Origin: Lytechinus pictus
Lineage: Eukaryota
Assembly (NCBI RefSeq): GCF_037042905.1
Contig: NC_087251.1
Coordinates: 29,390,001 to 29,454,000, forward strand
DNA length: 64,000 nt
Direction: 5' to 3'
A program made the translations under genes and the position numbers. Each line of letters opens with the position of its first letter. Position 1 is the stretch's first letter. The notes beneath the pieces were generated by a model that made no database searches, was not told where the DNA came from, and saw only the letters and a program-made list of their open reading frames with translations. Shown piece by piece: positions 60,567 to 64,000 of the stretch.

Positions 60567-63400
60567 CATGGCCGGAAATCTGTCCCGAAAGGTAGGGGGG
60601 ACAACAGGGGCGGATCCAGCCTTCGCCGATGGGGGGGCGAATTTTTTTTCAGCCATATGTTAATCCCCGATCGGCCGCACGAAGATGATTTTTGTTTGTT
60701 TCATTGAAGGAGTAGTCCTCATGGCCACTTTTTAGCTTTATTCTTATAATTCAACATAAATATATAATATCATAATCCTTATCTATATAATGCGAGTGCG
60801 AAGCGCGAGCATTTTTTTTTTCTTTTTTTTTGGGGGGGGGGGAATTTTTTTGTATTTTTTCCTAAAATTTGAACATTCTGGGCAATGTTTGTTATCCTGA
60901 AAAAAGATGTATACTAAATAATTACTTCGAACGCGAAGTGCGAGCAGATGTTAACTGATGGAAAAGGTTAGCCATGAATACGTTACATATTTCAACAATC
61001 AAATAATGCGAGCGCGAAGCGCGAGCTTAAGAATGGAAATTCTAAGCACTTTTTGTAACTAAAACATATACTAGGTATATAACTAAACAATTGATGCGAA
61101 CGCGAAGCGCGAGCGGAAAAGTTTGAGATTTAGACCTAAGAACGAGACACTCTATTCATGTTTTGTAAATTATGAAAAGGATGCCGTGAGTAATTGGGGG
61201 CCTTCCTTACACCCGGTCCTACATTAATAATGCGATTGCAAAGTGCAGCCATATAATGTTTTTTTTAATTTGAACTGATCGAAAAGGTACTTGCATGTTA
61301 AGGACTGCTTGCACTTAGCCATGAAGACGTTACATATTTCAACAATCAAATAATGCTAGCGCGAATAGCGAGCTGAAAATTGTTGACATTTCTACAAAAA
61401 GAATCGAAAATTTTAATCAATTTTCGTAATCGTGAACAGGGTAGCTATATAACTAACCACTTGATGCAAGCGAAGCGCGAGCAGAAAAATTCGAGATTTA
61501 GACCTAAAAACGGGACACTATGTTCATGTTTTGTAAATCATGAAAAGGGTGAGTAATAGGGGATCTTTCTATATTAATAATGCGAGCACAAAGCGCGAGC
61601 AGAAAATTTTTGATATTGTGATCTGAAACTGGATGATGATTTAAATCGAGAACAAGTTGAATATCTGAAGAAACATGCGCGTGTTTCAGATTTAGACCTA
61701 GAATCTAGGCGTTCTACACCTCTTTTATCATGAAAAATCTGAAAAAGAGTCCATTTCAGCTATATATTTCAAGCACTTTGTAGGGAAATTGTGAGGTGGA
61801 TATGGATCGCACTTAAAGGGGAATCCAACCCAAATAAAAACTTGTTTTTATAAGGAAAAGAAAAATCAGACAAGTTGATAGGTGAAAGTTTGAACAATAT
61901 TGGACAAACAACAAGAAAGTTATGAACTTTTAAAAGTTGTAATTATTGGTAATCACTATACCCATGGAGACTTCAAATTGGCCACATATGGGATGTCATA
62001 GTGATGTAAGGCAAGGACTACTCTTCCATGTACTCCAATACGTATTTTGGCTAAAATGTCATTTTTTTCCAAAAGTTTTATTTCAAATTATATTTTTCAT
62101 TCATGAGGACATAAAACAATATACTGCCAGGGTTATATTTACATTACTTCCCCAGGGGAATGGGTACTTAGGAGAAAACCACAAATCCCTGATAATAAAG
62201 TACATGGCCTATGGGAAAATTGTCCTTGCCCCTTGTCATAATTTACTTACCCAGTTGCCAATTTGAAATCAACATAGTATTAGTGATCTCAATTTTAAAG
62301 CAGCTTTAACTTTCTTATTGCTTGTCCGATTTCTTTCAAACTTTCACCATTCTGTTGAATTTATTTTTCTCCTTCCCAACACAACATTTTATGGCCAAGG
62401 CTGGATTCCCCTTTAATGAAGAGCTGATATTTTTCATTGTTATTTGAGTTTTGACATAGGACCGGGACATCCTTGGGACATGTCATATGAAAATGATGAC
62501 TATCTTCCTATTCCTCTTGCTAAGCGCGAGATGAAACAGAAGGGACAATTTAATCGTTAAATTATTAATATCTTATTTATTAATGCCTAATGAGGACGAG
62601 AAATCTGATATTATGGCCTGAGAACTTGACATTTCAAGCAATTTTGTAATTATGAATAGAATGCATCAGTCAAAATATTTTTTTACCATTAATGCGAGCG
62701 CAAATCGCGAGCCGAAATCTTTGATAAACTGTCATGAAAATCAATATTGAGACATATATAAATCGGCAATTAAAATGCGAGCGAGTAGCCAGCGCTATCT
62801 GATACGTTTTGACAATCATACTTTTTTTTTTCAAACTAAATGAAATACAAAAAAATAATAGGTACTTAATAAATCGAAATTTGCGAGCGCTCAGTGCGAG
62901 CAGAAAATGTCAATATTCAGACCATGAAGCTTTCACTTTTACAGAGCACTTTTTAAAAATCAGTTTGTAAATCACACAAAATAATGAAAGTTCGATTTCC
63001 GAGGTGAAATGTGTAATGTATATTGACTTCCAAACTTGATATTTAAGCTCCATGTTGAAAAATCACCTGACAGGCAATGCGAGCGCGAAGCGCGAGCGAA
63101 AATTTCATATAGTGACATGAAAGATTCTTTTTATTTTCCAAGTCTTCCCCTCATCTTATTTTAGTCACTCTGGAAAATTTGACAAGCCCCCCCCCCCCCC
63201 GCAAAAAAAAAAGAAGGTTTTCACCCAAAATGTAAGGTCATTTAGTCCAAAAATACATGTTTTATTTCGAATGTGAATGATGCATTTTTCTCCATCATAA
63301 AAGACAAAAAATAGTAGGGGGACATTTGATATTGTGTCCCCCCTACTATTTTTGGTAGGGGGGACACGTCCCCCCTGTCCCCCTGGGATTTCCGCCCATG
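60567..63400. mobile_element. hAT-type non-autonomous element (2.8 kb, with further nesting), perfect 8-bp TSD GCTCATTA
   Basis: GCTCATTA|CATGGCCGGAAATC ... GATTTCCGCCCATG|GCTCATTA; interior has many dispersed GCGAGCGCGAAGCGCGAGC motifs and a CAGGGGCGGATCCAG terminus near 60605. Confidence 0.85.
61817..62412. mobile_element. TTAA-flanked MITE with AGG termini (Kolobok-like), nested
   Basis: TTAA|AGGGGAATCCAACC ... GGCTGGATTCCCCT|TTAA. Confidence 0.8.
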
Positions 63401-63849
63401 GCTCATTAACACAGGGGCTTGCGGACTGACTGAAGTAGCCTACATTCCCTACCACAAAATAATGGATTAGATGGGATTCATCCATAGAGTTATATCTCTA
63501 TGGATTTATCCACCTCATTTCTGCGATAGGAAATAAAATAATACCCAAACTAGAAGGGGGTGGGCATGCAAATAAACACAAATTAAATTAGATGGTAATA
63601 TTTACGTCTTTGTACATGTTTATTGGAGAAGTAGGGTGGGCTGAAATGGGGCTGAAATCCAGCCCCCCCCCCCCCCCCTCGGTTGCAAGCTTATGCAGCC
63701 CTCAACGGGCCCTCAACCACTGCGAGCACACAAAGTTATGCCCTCAACCCCCCCCCCCTCCCTTCACACCTCTGTGACCTTGTCTGTGACCTTGCATGAC
63801 CGTCGCTAAAAAAAAAGGAGGGGTGGGTGTGATAACCTCCCCCCCCCCC

Positions 63850-64000
63850 CCCTCGCCGGCCGCGAAATTATTTTTCCCACCGAGTTATGGACCAACATAT
63901 AAATATTCATGACTTGCGTCTTCGGATTAAGAGTACGCATGCGCGTGGACTTTGCCTCGACCAGTGCCCGTCGTAAGCATTCACGTTCAGTTGCCCAGAA
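63850..64000. promoter_or_regulatory. Possible CpG-rich promoter of a gene beyond the window edge
   Basis: GCCGCGAAA (E2F-like), ACGCATGCGC (NRF1-like) and elevated CpG; no gene is visible to confirm it. Confidence 0.3.

Larger units (their letters stand above)
50389..63432. mobile_element. CAGTC-TIR element expanded to ~13 kb by nested insertions
   Basis: Perfect 18-bp TIRs CAGTCAGTCCGCAAGCCC (50389) / GGGCTTGCGGACTGACTG (to 63432). Host pieces 50389-50415, 59521-60566 and 63401-63432 are colinear with 8550-9636. Confidence 0.8.

Overview
This is AT-rich, intron-rich animal DNA. The repeat landscape suggests a marine invertebrate deuterostome such as a sea urchin, which is inference and not proven. 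Three complete spliced genes were assembled by hand with consistent splice phases: LIN52 (minus strand, 6 exons, 116 aa), an SLC38A6-like amino-acid transporter (plus, 13 exons, ~488 aa) whose ATG lies only 141 bp head-to-head from LIN52, and Claspin (minus, ~22 exons, ~1439 aa). Introns carry many MITEs, tRNA-derived SINEs, Helentron/DINE-like elements and a hAT transposase relic. The most unusual structure is ~470 bp upstream of the Claspin ATG: a ~9.1-kb Foldback-like inverted repeat (50416-59520). It has ~645-bp near-identical outer arms, inner oppositely oriented arrays of a ~70-bp satellite and a ~3-kb spacer with no recognisable ORF. It sits inside a 'CAGTC'-TIR element that nested insertions have expanded to ~13 kb (50389-63432). 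An uninterrupted ~1.1-kb relative of that host (8550-9636) shows covarying internal inverted repeats. All identifications come from reading the sequence; no searches were run.
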